From the NCBI GenBank assembly GCA_964270895.1, contig OZ185447.1: a DNA stretch of 64,000 nt; one strand, given 5' to 3'. Position numbers and translations under genes: made by a program. The notes beneath the pieces were generated by a model that was given only the letters and a program-made list of their open reading frames with translations, did not search any database and had not been told where the DNA came from. Shown one piece after another: positions 16,541 to 34,095 of this stretch (the stretch's first letter is position 1; each line of letters starts with the position of its first letter). This DNA comes from Podarcis filfolensis. Its lineage: Eukaryota.

Positions 16541-16919
16541 CAAGGCTAACGATGGGATCCTATACATGCCTTACTCAAAATCCCATCAGACTTACTCCCA
16601 AGTAAGCATGCATAAGATTGTTGCTCCAGTAGTTTGATATATTTGCATATGCAGATGAGGGATGTAAAATTTGAATGGAGCGGAAGAGCACTAGTAATGG
16701 ATACCCTGGATATCCCAGCAAAATACTTTTAATCACTATATTCAACAATTGCTAAACAGCCGGTCCTCTCGTCCTTCTTTACTGAAGCATTATCACAACA
16801 GGGGGCAAAAAAGTGGGAAGTCCGCAGCTAAACCTCCCATCACAAAAGCAGCTTGTCTCTGGATGGAGAGGCGACTTCATCTTGGAATTGGGGCTCGTTC
16901 CCACAGCCAAGATGACTCT

Positions 16920-17300
16920 TTCCCCTTCCCGGCAGCTTCACGGCCAGCTTGCCCGGCCTCAAGATGGCCGCCCCTCCCCGGTTTAAAGGGGGAGCGGGGG
17001 TGCGTCACTTTCCCATCAACCCTTCTGTAGCTGCAATCAGGGTCGCTTGCAGCGATTTGAGGGAGGGGAGGCTGCTGGCCGGAGCTCTGGGGCTCTGAAT
17101 GGGTTAGAGCCGGGGAGCCGGGAGCCAGGATGCCTGGGTCCTCTGGGGAGGAGGGAGCGGGGCTGCAATAGGTCGTGGCCGGGAGCCGTGGGGTTCCCCG
17201 GGAGGAGGCGAGGTGTGCGAGGGAAGCCATGTGCAGACAAGGGAGAGAGGGCTTCATTGTGGCGCTGCTGCAGAGGGGCACGCTGAAGAGCGCTTGGAGG
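16920..17300 (+). promoter_or_regulatory. CpG-rich promoter / 5' leader of the CRK-like gene
   Basis: Local CpG island ~1.5 kb upstream of the ATG, with a YY1-type motif AAGATGGCCGCC at 16961-16972 followed by an AT-rich TTTAAA element. Confidence 0.55.
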
Positions 17301-18544
17301 GTGCACAGCTGATCTTTTTTCATTTTGGAGGGGGAGGCTTTTGAAGATTGCTTTTGATCCGTTAAAGGGCTGCAATGCAGCATCGGGGTGTTGCTTCCAG
17401 GGAATACTGGAGAGTAGTAGAGTGGATGCATGGACATCGGAGGGGAGCGAGGAGTTGCATTATTGTTTGTCCAGAGCTGGTGGGGTGGTAGGCAGATAGG
17501 TTTCGGGAGGCTGCGTGCAATATTTTTGGATGCTGGAAATTTTGGGAGCCAGGCTACTTCTGGGGGTGTGTTTTATTATTGTTCTGCTGCGCTGGGGCTA
17601 GTTGGGGGGTGGGGCGGAGAACGGTGGCCAATTTGTGATCTACCGAGGTGGTTGGGGAATGGTCTCCATTAGGGGACGCAGTTTGGGGTGCTGTACCTTT
17701 CTCCAGAGGATAACCAGTGAATTGGGGACAGGGGCTGATAACAGGAGTGGATCTGTGAAAAGTCCCCATTAACCTTTTGGTGGGTTAAATCTCATGCTGG
17801 GGTAGGGATGCTTTCATATGGGAATGTTGCAATTCTGTGGAAGTTATTCTATTCACTTGGTGGGTATGTATCTTCATCTGAGAAAGATTAGGTTTTGAAA
17901 AGGTTGACTTCCTCCAAACCTTGACTTTTTAAAAAAAACAACAACCAACAGTATCCTGCTAGGTTGATGAGGTGCTGGAGGAATTCTGGAGGAATTTTTA
18001 GAGGGTGCAATCATATCACACTTTTTTGGGGGGGAGGGTTGTGTGTACTACTTAATTCACCAAGTGTGACCTCTTAATTTTGTAGGGATGTTCTAGTACA
18101 AGGACGTAAATATACTGTATGTGTTCCCCGCAGATATACAACTGGTTTTGTTGTATTATATGAAGATGGTTATTCAGTAGAACCTGTATTTGAGTAGGGA
18201 TTTAACTGTTAATAGGGTAGGTTGGTCAGGGAAGTGCCCCTTCCCCATTATATTAGAACTTGGGAGGGATGTCTAGAAGTGACCTAACTTTTCATGACAT
18301 CCCATTAATTTCCAGGATTTGATTGCAAATTGTAGAAGTGTTGCCTGCATTTCTGAGTCGTTTCTTTCCTTTTTGGAAATCTACTATTGCCCGAGAAGAG
18401 GGGTGTGGATGCTGTCAAGGGATATCGAAGTTAGATTATCTCAGTATAAGAGAACTTGGGGTGGAGCAACATAACAGAAGAACCATATTCCTTTGGGGGG
18501 GGGAGGGTGTTATGTGTATCTGGATTATTTGGAGGTCACACTGA

Positions 18545-20239
<1,695 letters not shown>

Positions 20240-21359
20240 ACATTTGATGATGTAACCCATGGAACGCTGACTTCCCCTGCAGTGGGGCACAACCCTTGAA
20301 CTCTGACCCACACTTGTGAGCTTCTGACTGTCTCGAACATTGTACTTCCTTGAATTTTGACCTACCCGGTGGATGTTATTGATCATCCGGTTCGTTGATA
20401 CTCAAGCTCCTTGGATATGGACCTCTTCTACCACTTTGGACTCCTTAACCCATGAACCTTGTTCCTTGACTCGCTGTTCTTAAAATGCTGTGGTAGTTGA
20501 ACCCTATAAACTTTTTGACTCTTTACGGGGACCCGTTCATATTTCCTCCCTAGAAACATTGATCCATTTTGGCCTTGTGATTTTTTCAACTCTGATTATG
20601 TGCCCTTGAATCTTGCAACTCCCCATCCTGTGCCCTGTGAACCCAGAAACTCTTGAGCTTTGATTATTGATCCCCTTATTCTTGTGATTTTTTTTCATTT
20701 GATCCTGTCCACTTGGGGTGGGGTGGGGAAACGGGGGCGGGGGGGGGAGTGCTTGGCTTTGGCCAGATGGCTGACAGGAAATCCTCCCCACTCCTTATAG
20801 AGACCCTGCTTCACTTGTTGTCTGTTCCAAACTGCCTTGTTAATTAAAGTTTCCTGCTGATGATCCCTCGCTGGAAATTTGCTCCTTCTGGGGTGGGGCT
20901 AGAGGGTTAATATGGGAAAAGAGTAGCACAGTTGTTATGGTAACGAGCATCACAACCCAGGCCTCAAATGTTGCCATGGTGAAGTGGAGCACAGCCTATT
21001 GCTGTAGGCAGGAGGAGGCAGCAGCAGCAGCAGGCCACAAATGCTGCGCAGAGCATCTTGGTTGCGTGAGGATCACTATTAAGTCTCTCTCCATGCCTGC
21101 CGATGGTTCCTGCTTAATAGGTACAGTATTCCCCCCCCCCCCAGTTTATATACCTATATACTGGAGCCGGTTGGTCTGCTTGTACCTCTTCTTGATACAG
21201 TCCCAGCTGCTCCCTTCTCTTAACAACATCATTGGCATATTCAGAATTTCAAAATTCAGTATGTTATAGAATTTCCCCAACCTGGTGTCCTCCAGATCCT
21301 TTAAAACACCAAAATAGTGTCTGATCTCAGAAGCCAAGCAGCGTCTGTCCTAGGAAATA

Positions 21360-21601
21360 CAGTGGTACCTCGGGTTACATACGCTTCAGGTTACATACAC
21401 TTCAGGTTAAAGACTCCGCTAACCCAGAAATAGTGCTTCAGGTTAAGAACTTTGCTTCAGGATGAGAACAGAAATTGTGCTTTGGCGGCGTGGCGGCAGC
21501 GGGAGGCCCTACTAGCTGAAGTGGTGCTTCAGGTTAAGAACAGCTTCAGGTTAAGAACGGACATCCAGAACAAATTAAGTACTTAACCCGAGGTACCACT
21601 G
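21360..21601. mobile_element. Tigger/pogo-like MITE
   Basis: TIRs CAGTGGTACCTCGGGTTA...TAACCCGAGGTACCACTG with a TA TSD on both sides; internal CTTCAGGTTAAGAA repeats. Confidence 0.9.
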
Positions 21602-21609
21602 TACTTGGA

Positions 21610-21807
21610 AAGAGCCAGTGTGGTGAAGCGGTTACAGTGTCGGACTAGACTTAGGAGGCCAGGGTTCAAATTTGGCTCAGGAAGCTCGCTGGGTGAGCTT
21701 GGCCCAGTCACTGCCTCTCTGCCTAACCTACCTCACAAGGGGAAAGCCATGTACACCCCCTTGAGCTCCTTGGATAAAAAAGTGAGTTGTAAATGCAATA
21801 AATAATA
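21610..21807 (+). mobile_element. tRNA-derived SINE (Squam1-like)
   Basis: A/B-box-like head (GTGGTGAAGCGG...GGTTCAAAT), core CCTAACCTACCTCACA, AATAAATAATAA tail. Confidence 0.65.
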
Positions 21808-23108
21808 ACTCCCGTCAGACCCAGGCAGTTTGATGGAGCTGTAGTCCAGAACATCTAGGTGGCACCAGCGCAGGGAAAGACTGATTTAGAGGCACGATTT
21901 GTGTGGCACACCATACACAAATTACATCTGCACATACACAACCCCTTGATATAAGGTGAAAAGTCATCTTGCTGATCTGTAGTCGTGTTTTTGTCATTAC
22001 TTTCCCCAAAATCCCTCTGTGATCCACGGACATCTTAACCCATGTTTATCTCTAGATAGAAATTATTCTTTCTAGGTGGCAGGGAAATGTTAGGATCATA
22101 ATACCATCATCACTGTTGGTCATTTAGTTCAAGAGCAGGATCTTGCTCAGGACACAATCTGCAAATGCAGGATACCACCTCAGCATCCTTGACATTTGGA
22201 TGTCCAGCCTCAGCTTCCAAAACTCCCCAGTCCATTCCACTATTGAACAGCTCCTACCATTAAGAAAACTTCCCCTGATATTTTAGCTGCAATCTGCTAC
22301 TTGTACCCATTGGTTTGAGCCCTGCCCTAGGCACCTATTGTGTCTCCCTGGGTCTGGCCTGGGTGTTCTCTCTGCTAAACAGGCCAGGGCAATGTCAACT
22401 CTTCCTCGCAGGACTTGGCTGAAGTTCCAAAAGCCCTGTAGCGGCCAAATTCACCCGCCCATGAGGAAGCATCTAGTTGTGTTGACACTTGCTCTGCACC
22501 TCACCCTGAGGCACTGCTTATATAATGTAAAATGAGACAGCCTTCCCCCGCCCCCTTCATCACCTGATGAATTTGGGAAGATGTAACTTCTGTCCACTTC
22601 ATAGCAGAGAGACATCGGCTAGAAAAACAGAGGGGCTGTTGGTCTGCCAGTCAGCTGCTTTACAGCTGGTGTAGCCACTGCCTCCTCTTCCAGTAATAAT
22701 TTGAGGCGGGGTTTGTGTGATAATTCCCAGTTCTAATTGGTTGTGTAGCTCTAACTGTAGACTTGAAGAGCCTGACATGTCCCTTAAATAATCTTAAGGC
22801 CTGTTTCATCCCCAGGCCCTAAATATCAGGAATCCACTTCCTTTAGCTGAGTTGGTCCACCACACCCATTGCTTCTAAAAAGATTTCATAATCCTAGAAT
22901 CATACTGTGGAAAGGGACCCTAGAGGTCAACGATAGCACCCTACACAACTCAGTGCAGGGTGTGTTAATGCAGGATGCACCCCCGACTGATGTCTGCCAG
23001 CCCCGCTCTTAAAATATTTCCAGTAAACGAGAGTCTGCCATCTCCTCAGGTTCTGCTCTGAAATGGATCGTGCCATCTTTCTGTAATCTAAACAGCAAGT
23101 TGCATATA

Positions 23109-23334
23109 CAGTGGTACCTCGGTTTAAGTACTTAATTCGTTCCGGAGGTCCGTACTTAACCTGAAACTGTTCTTAACCTGAAGCACCACTTTAGCTAATG
23201 GGGCCTCCTGCTGCCGCCGCGCCGCCGGAGCCCGATTTCTGTTCTTATCCTGAAGCAAAGTTCTTAACCTGAAGCACTATTTCTGGGTTAGCGGAGTCTG
23301 TAACCTGAAGCGTATGTAACCCGAGGTACCACTG
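23109..23334. mobile_element. Tigger/pogo-like MITE, inverted relative to the 21360 copy
   Basis: Same TIRs and TA TSDs; the internal sequence is the reverse complement of 21360-21601. Confidence 0.9.
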
Positions 23335-23739
23335 TACCTCTCGTTTTTTCAAAAAAGAAAAACAAACCCCTTTTGGTATTGAGTTGTTGTTCCTGCAGGG
23401 GGGCAGCAGATGGCGCTGGGAGACTTAAGGTCCTGGGGTAGGGGCAGAAATGGGAAACCCAACAGAAGCTTTAAAATGCAAGCCAGCAGCAGGAGAAAAT
23501 TGGGGGGTGGGAATCACCCAAGATGGAGGGTGGAAGTTGCCTCCTTTAGACTTCTCCTTGGGAAAGGGAGGAGGGGGCCGGATACAGCTCACGGGTTGAG
23601 GCGGAGAGCCGAAATATATTCTAAATCTTAGGGGTTGCTTGCAGTCTGCACCACCGCCAGTGCAGGGCTGCAGGGAAGTGGGTCAAAACCGGGCTTTCGG
23701 GCAGAGAGGAGGATAGCATGCATGTGTGGGGATGGTTGC

Positions 23740-24048
23740 TTGGTTGGGACTGAGCCACACTGGGGGAGGAGGTATCGCACAGGTCTCTCAGCCCCGGGCC
23801 CCGTGACACCCTTGCTGTTCCTTGCTCTGCAGGGAATGTCAGAGGCCTCGTGTTTCACATTCCCAGACCCCAAGGCCTATATTTAGGCTGCCCTGCGAAA
23901 GGCCAGGGGTCGGGGAGAAGGTTAGCGCGGCCCCTCCCTCCCGCTCCGGCTCCCTTCTTATACAGCCCGGCCCCCGGTTTTGCCTCTGCCAGTCACCCAG
24001 CACCCAACGGAGCCGTCGTGTCTTGCCAGAACCCCCGCTACACCCACG
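23740..24048 (+). promoter_or_regulatory. Candidate muscle-type ALDOA promoter and non-coding leader exon
   Basis: MEF2 consensus CTATATTTAG at 23877-23886, TATA-like TTATA at 23958, local CpG enrichment, candidate donor cacg|gtatct after 24048. Confidence 0.5.
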
Positions 24049-24250
24049 GTATCTGGGAGATGGGAGGGAAAGGAGGGGGCTGGGGGGGGCGGGAGTTGGG
24101 AGAAGGGGCTGTTGAGAGGCAAATCTGGTCGGTCGCTGCTAGGAAAGGGCCCAAGATGCTGCCTGCATGAGATTGTGGGAAGATTTCAAGGGAGATAGGA
24201 TGTGGGGCTCAGTAGGAGTGCAGTGAGTGGCCTTAGCGGGAAACAACATC

Positions 24251-24396
24251 TATAGCTCAGTTAGTTACAGTGTGGTGCTGATAACACCAAGGTTGCATGT
24301 TTTATTCCCAAATGGGACATGTGCATATTGCTGCACTGCAGAGGGTTGGACTAGATGATCCTCAGGGTCCCTTGCAACTCTGCAATTCTATTATTC
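24251..24396 (+). mobile_element. tRNA-headed SINE with CR1-like tail (Squam3-like)
   Basis: TAGCTCAGTTAG...TGCTGATAACACCAAGG head and GGGTTGGACTAGATGATCCTCAGGGTCCCTT...CAACTCT tail. Confidence 0.7.
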
Positions 24397-26499
24397 CACC
24401 TCTGTGAATGACAAAGTATGCTATTTGTGGATGTTGTTTCAAGGGTGTATCCTTTCGTTTAAAACAGACAAAACCCTCTGCCTGTTCTGAGTTTATGAAC
24501 AGTAGATTTCTCCTTTAAAAGGGAAAAAAAGCAACAACACTGAGCCTGTCTGTCTCTGATCTCTCCCCCCCCCTTTTAAATCCTGTCTCTGTTCTCTTCC
24601 CATCACCCCCTTTATCATTTATTTATTACATAATTGATGGGGCCTCCCTAAACCTTGAATCTTGTTTTCATACATCTAGTTACTCCATGTAAGACCAAAG
24701 GGACTCCAGCTATATTATCTAACACGGCTGTTTCCTTTGAATGCTGCAATGACTTGCAAAAGTCTTGCACAGTTGCTGATTGTTTGAGGAAGTAACACTC
24801 ACATAATCCCATGGTATCTGGGACACAGGAACAGAAAGTATGTGTGTGTGTCTGTCTCAATCCTTCTGTCCCTGGTGCTTGCCCAATCCACCGCTCCAGG
24901 GTTTGGGTGTCCGTGTGTGTTGTACCTTCCAGTATTTGTCTTGTAAGCAAGCCTGTGACCTCACTTTGCCTGGACCTCCATTGCTCCTTGGCTCATTCTT
25001 TGCTCCTCCTTAACCTGCTTCCATCTCTTGTCTTATCTAAGGGAGCTTTCTTTTCTTTTCTTCCAAATGATGCTTTCAATCAGGTCGTGCAATCCCTGCA
25101 TCTGCAACTCAGATGTAAAGCCTACATTGAATGGAATGTATACTTTGATTTTAAAAGCCCCGCCTGCTGCTTTCTATCCTGCATGAAAAGGATACCCTTG
25201 TCCACACTGCAGCTATTCTGAACATTACTTGTGAAAACCCTCTTCCACATAAGGTGGTCTGGACAGGGTGTGTATGGTAGATCATTGTGGGCACTAAATG
25301 GGTTGCAGTTTGCCGACTAGTGATCTGGCATTTTTAAAAAAAGGGCTGCAGTCGTTTCTTGGAAGGATCTGCCTTGCTTTTGCTTATTTGTTGTGAAGGG
25401 CCTGGGGGCACGCAGTCAAGCTACTTCCTTTGTTGCTCTCCTCCCCCCCCCCACTGCCACTTCTTTGGGGAGCAAGAGCTTCCAGAGGTGGGTAGCTGGG
25501 TTAATGTGTTGCAGAAAAAAAATCAATTAATAGTCTTATGGCACTTTGAAGACTTAACAGATTTATTGTAACATAAGCTTTTGTGGACAAGAGTCCACAC
25601 CATCCACCAGAGGAAATGGATTTAAGTCCACGAAAGCTGCCACAATAAATCTGCAGCGAGGCTCTTTGATATTTGAGATGGGGAAGGCAGAGCTATAATG
25701 CCCTTAACAGTTGCCGGCCGAGCAGAAATTTTAGTAGGCTAAACTTTCTTTAGCATGAAGATGAAGAGGGGAAAAGCTTCACCCCCTACACTTCTGCACT
25801 GGAAGCCCGGTGGCAGTATTGATTATTATTCAAAAGGCTTCTGTACTGCACAGTCGTCTCTCAAAGCGGCTTGCCATCCATACTGTTCATTAAAACAGCC
25901 AACAATGAACATCTATTGCCATTCAGCAATCGTTTCAAAAAGACAGGGAGCCTTCACCACCTTCTTCCTGGAGCCTAGACACCTCCTCCTATATCCTCCT
26001 TGTTAACATTTCGGGGCTTGGTCATTTTGGCGTTGTGGATGAGCAGCTGTTCGACTGCATTGTCGTTTAAAGGCTGGCTGATCTAAGACTCTGCAGAAAC
26101 TTTATAGGGGGCGAGTGGCTGTGATAGTTGTGGTGAGAAGGGGTTGGTCTTACTGGCCCTGCAGAGGTGGAGCAAACAGTATTAACTGCTGCGGGTAGGC
26201 CTCCCCCCCCCCCCCGCCACCTCCTCTCTCTGTTGTACCCTTTAAGGCAGTGCATGAGAAATCCGGGAAACGCTTCACCTGTTGAATGGGTGCCTGACCT
26301 GCTATTTAATTAAAAAGGCCGGGCAGCTTCCGGTGTAAATCACTTTGTTGATTAACTGCTCGGTATGACTGTGCGTTTTGGAAACGTAAAAAAAGAGTAA
26401 TGGAGATATATTTTTTAAAAAGAGACAGGGACGTTCTCCTCAGGGAGGGGGAAGAGGTCAGGAGGCAACCTTACTGGAAAAGCGTTGGGATCGGGTGGG

Positions 26500-26960
26500 G
26501 AGAAAGAAATCGGCGCATGAGGAAGAGGGATCTGAACGGATGGTGACCTTTCTGCCGTTCAAGCCGCGCGTACGTTCAGTCCTGGCAGGGAAGCCCCCAA
26601 TCAGCCAACCCTGTTTATAGTCGCCAGTCAGGTCCGAATGGGGGGAGGGGGAGGGGGCGCCTCTCTCGTACCCCCTGCCGCCTGCTACGTGCTTTCCTGC
26701 ACAGAGACCAGTGACTCAGCTATTACCGTAATCACCCCAAGAGAAGCCCAGTTTGGATTCTGACCAGGGCTAAGAAGAAGGTTCTGGATTTCGGATTGGG
26801 AAGCCAAGGCAAAGGGGCGGCGGGGGGGGGGGGTGTTGCAGCATTCCCATGTTACACTGACCCCACAGGTGCCTGGCCTTTTCGCTCCTCTCATCAATCA
26901 AACAGCAGCTGCCTCTCACTTCCCAGCCGCTGGGGTGTTATATAACCCACGGTGCTCCCC
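26500..26960 (+). promoter_or_regulatory. Candidate ALDOA promoter/enhancer with HRE and ARE/AP-1
   Basis: TACGTGCT (26686-26693) + 6 nt + CACAG (26700-26704); GTGACTCAGC at 26711-26720; G-rich GC boxes near 26640; TTATATAA at 26938-26945. Confidence 0.5.
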
Positions 26961-28699
26961 TGGCAGTTCCTTGCTCAGTGCAAAAAAACCGACAACAGCC
27001 CAGTTTTCCACCCCAGCCCACATCTTGGATGTGCATAAGCGCCCAGCTTTTTTCTCTGGGTTATTGAATCTCTCCTGGTTCATTACAAGTGCAGTAATTG
27101 CACAGGGAAATCTGTCCTACAACTGAAACAAACAAGCCGAAATGCACTGTTCTCCTTAAAACATGGATCAGTGGCACTTTGAATTGCAACTGGCATATTT
27201 TATTAAATTTATCCCTCCCCTTTTTACAAGAAAAAAGGTCTCAAAGCAACTGATAGCAAGTTTAAAATGCAAAGATGACATAAAATAGCCCAAAGCTACA
27301 TGGTACTAAAAGTTTACATCCACCAGCAACCAATAACAGAAAAATAACATCTGCCCATCCCAAAATGGGGAAACCATGAACAGACCAAAAATCAAGCCAC
27401 AGCAAGATCCAAATGCTTGGGAAAACTGGAATGTATCTGTCTGGTGCCTAAAATCTTACAAGACAGATGCCAAAGGAACCTCCTTATCTGGCTCTCTAAA
27501 TTGCAAGGGTGTTGGCGCCAGAGAATGTCAGATGAGACGAATGTTTGGCTCCTAACACCAGAAAGGTTGAGGCTCATCCCAGTGTGGTCTTGAGCAAAAG
27601 GCATTCTGCGCTTGCTCTGATGCACCCCTATTTATGAGTTTACAGGACTAAGAAGAGTGAAACCAGGTTCTGGGAAGGTGCCCTGAATTGGGTTAAGCTC
27701 TGGGCAGAATTCAAAGTGGTTCAGAAAATTTTGGGTTTATATGTTTTGCTTTTTTAAAAAACTATTGGACAGCTGGACTGTTTCAGTGGCCAGGTTTTGA
27801 GTCTGTATTACAATTCTTCCTCCCCGCCCCCAATCTCAGTTAGCCACCTATGACATCTTTACCCCAATGCACAGCTTGTAGGCCAATAAAGCACTGACAG
27901 GATCACAACTCCAGAACCCAGATGCTTGGTCTTGTCAAAGAAATCTCTGTTGCCCCTATACTGATAAAGCCACCAGTTTTGACCCTGGAGCTTTTATGGG
28001 GAGTTCAGAATCTTCGCCATCAGCTGTTGTTGCTTCTGATCTTTTAGTACTGTAATTCCTTATCCTGGATTTAAAGGCAACGTTTTGCAGTCGCCTGTGG
28101 CTCCGGCCAGCAAATATTTGTCCTTTCAAACGGGTCCTACTCCCTTGCAAATGTGCTTAGGCTTGCAGCCTTTCCCCGTTATAGAAGCTGCCCTTTCGCT
28201 TGTGAAAATTCCTTTCTGCGGGGCCACCGGTTCCATCTTATCGCTCCCACTCCGATTCTCTCTCTTGCACAATCAGTCCCATGCCCAGGCCTCTCTCTTT
28301 TCCGCAGCTCAAGCCCAACACTCATGGGGGTGAGGGGATCCAGAAATAGCAGCGTGTCCTTCAGAAAAGGACAGAGGAGCTGGAGGAGCGGGGATCAGGT
28401 GTCCCCTTGAAAGGTCATCGCTGAAACTAGAGTCTGGCAGAGAATGCAAAGGGGGGAAAGACCTATGGAGCCCGATTTGGCTTCCTTTTCCATCTCCCAG
28501 GAAGATGGGGCAACGCCCTCGGTCCTCAACAACATTTTATCCCTTCGTGCTCTTTAAACGAGCAGGTTAAAAAGTGCATGTGCCCTTTTAGGGTATGCAG
28601 TGAATGCGCCTAGCTTATGGAGGTTTCTAATCTAATCGCAAATATGAAAACGTGATTTTCCTCCTAAGCACATGCTGGGGTTCTGCAGCACGGTCGGCC

Positions 28700-29380
28700 A
28701 CGGGAATGAAACCTCTTATTTCCACGCGTAGGACTCAGTCGAGTGGAGCAGAGTTCGTCCACGCTTATCTCAGTTTCCTTATATTTAAATAAATACCTTC
28801 GCCGCTATTAGGGGGTGGGAGAGCTTGGGCCCTTTAAGTCTCCTCCCTCCCCACTCCTCAATGAGTCAATTTCACACCCTTTTCCGCCTTGCCCTGCTAC
28901 TTGACGTTCGATCCTGGAACGCGGAGCTTCTTTTGAGCATTCGATTCGAACGCTTCACTTTGCTCGCGCCCATCCCGGCTCCTGTTTGCTGCTGCTAAGG
29001 AAGAAGGCAGGTTTGACCCCCCCCCCCCATTTTCTTACGCACTCATTCCTCCAAGGAGAACGAGTGGCGAACCCTTCCTCTTTACAGATTAGGATTTCGA
29101 GGGGGGGGGGCGAGTAAAGAAAAAAATAAGGAATGGCCGCATGATCAGTTGCGGATATTCTCTACCCGCCGCCGCGGCGGTTTATATAATATGGGGATCG
29201 GACTTGGAGATAGATAAGATGGAGACGGTAAAACGTGGGGTGGCGTGGGGGAAGGGAGGAGGAAGTCCCGGTGGGGGAAGAAAGCAGCATTTGAAATCAC
29301 GTGGTGAAGCTTAATGTACAACTGTTGCAGAGGGGGAAAGAAAACAGGACAGCCCCCCCCCAAAAAAAACTACAGTAAGC
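28700..29380 (+). promoter_or_regulatory. Proximal CpG-rich ALDOA promoter(s) and leader exon(s)
   Basis: CpG island with AP-1 TGAGTCA at 28862-28868, donor gcag|gtttga after 29010, TTTATATAA at 29181, E-box CACGTG at 29298-29303, and a second donor aca|gtaagc at 29375. Confidence 0.55.
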
Positions 29381-29874
29381 GTAAATATTCCTCACTCCTT
29401 CGCTCACACTTTCCAGTTTTTTCCCCTGCAATTGGACTCGCATTGCAAAGGTGCTGCATCTGATGGGGTAGCTAATATCAGGGGGGAAACTCAGAGCATG
29501 GCAAGGATTCGGAAAAACTGGGGGGTGAGAACTGGGGTTCTCTTGAGGAACAGGGTAAACGGCTATTTCCTCTGTCCTTGAAACGCCCTTGGTATCTGTT
29601 AGCCATCACCTGCTGGAGCCTTTCCTTCTTCTTTCAAATATGGCTTTAATCTGGGCATCCCCTTTGACCTTAGTGGGAATCCTCCGGTTTCCATAGCAAC
29701 AGGGAGGAGCAGAATTCTCTCCCGCCCTCCTGGCCAGTCTCTGTACAGACACGAAGGTCCTTGTTGTGGGTGTCTCCTTCAGATACAGGACTGAGCAGGC
29801 AGAAAAGAGGAAGGCAAGTCCAGAGACTGCGTTGCCAGGCTTGTATTAACACTTCTTTGCCTTCTCCAGTTTAG

Positions 29875-34095
<4,221 letters not shown>

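Noticed and set aside
16877-17672. Several overlapping ORFs (up to 186 aa) around the CRK-like CpG island
   Set aside because: GC-rich promoter/5' UTR shadow ORFs, several with non-ATG starts and none with recognisable domains.
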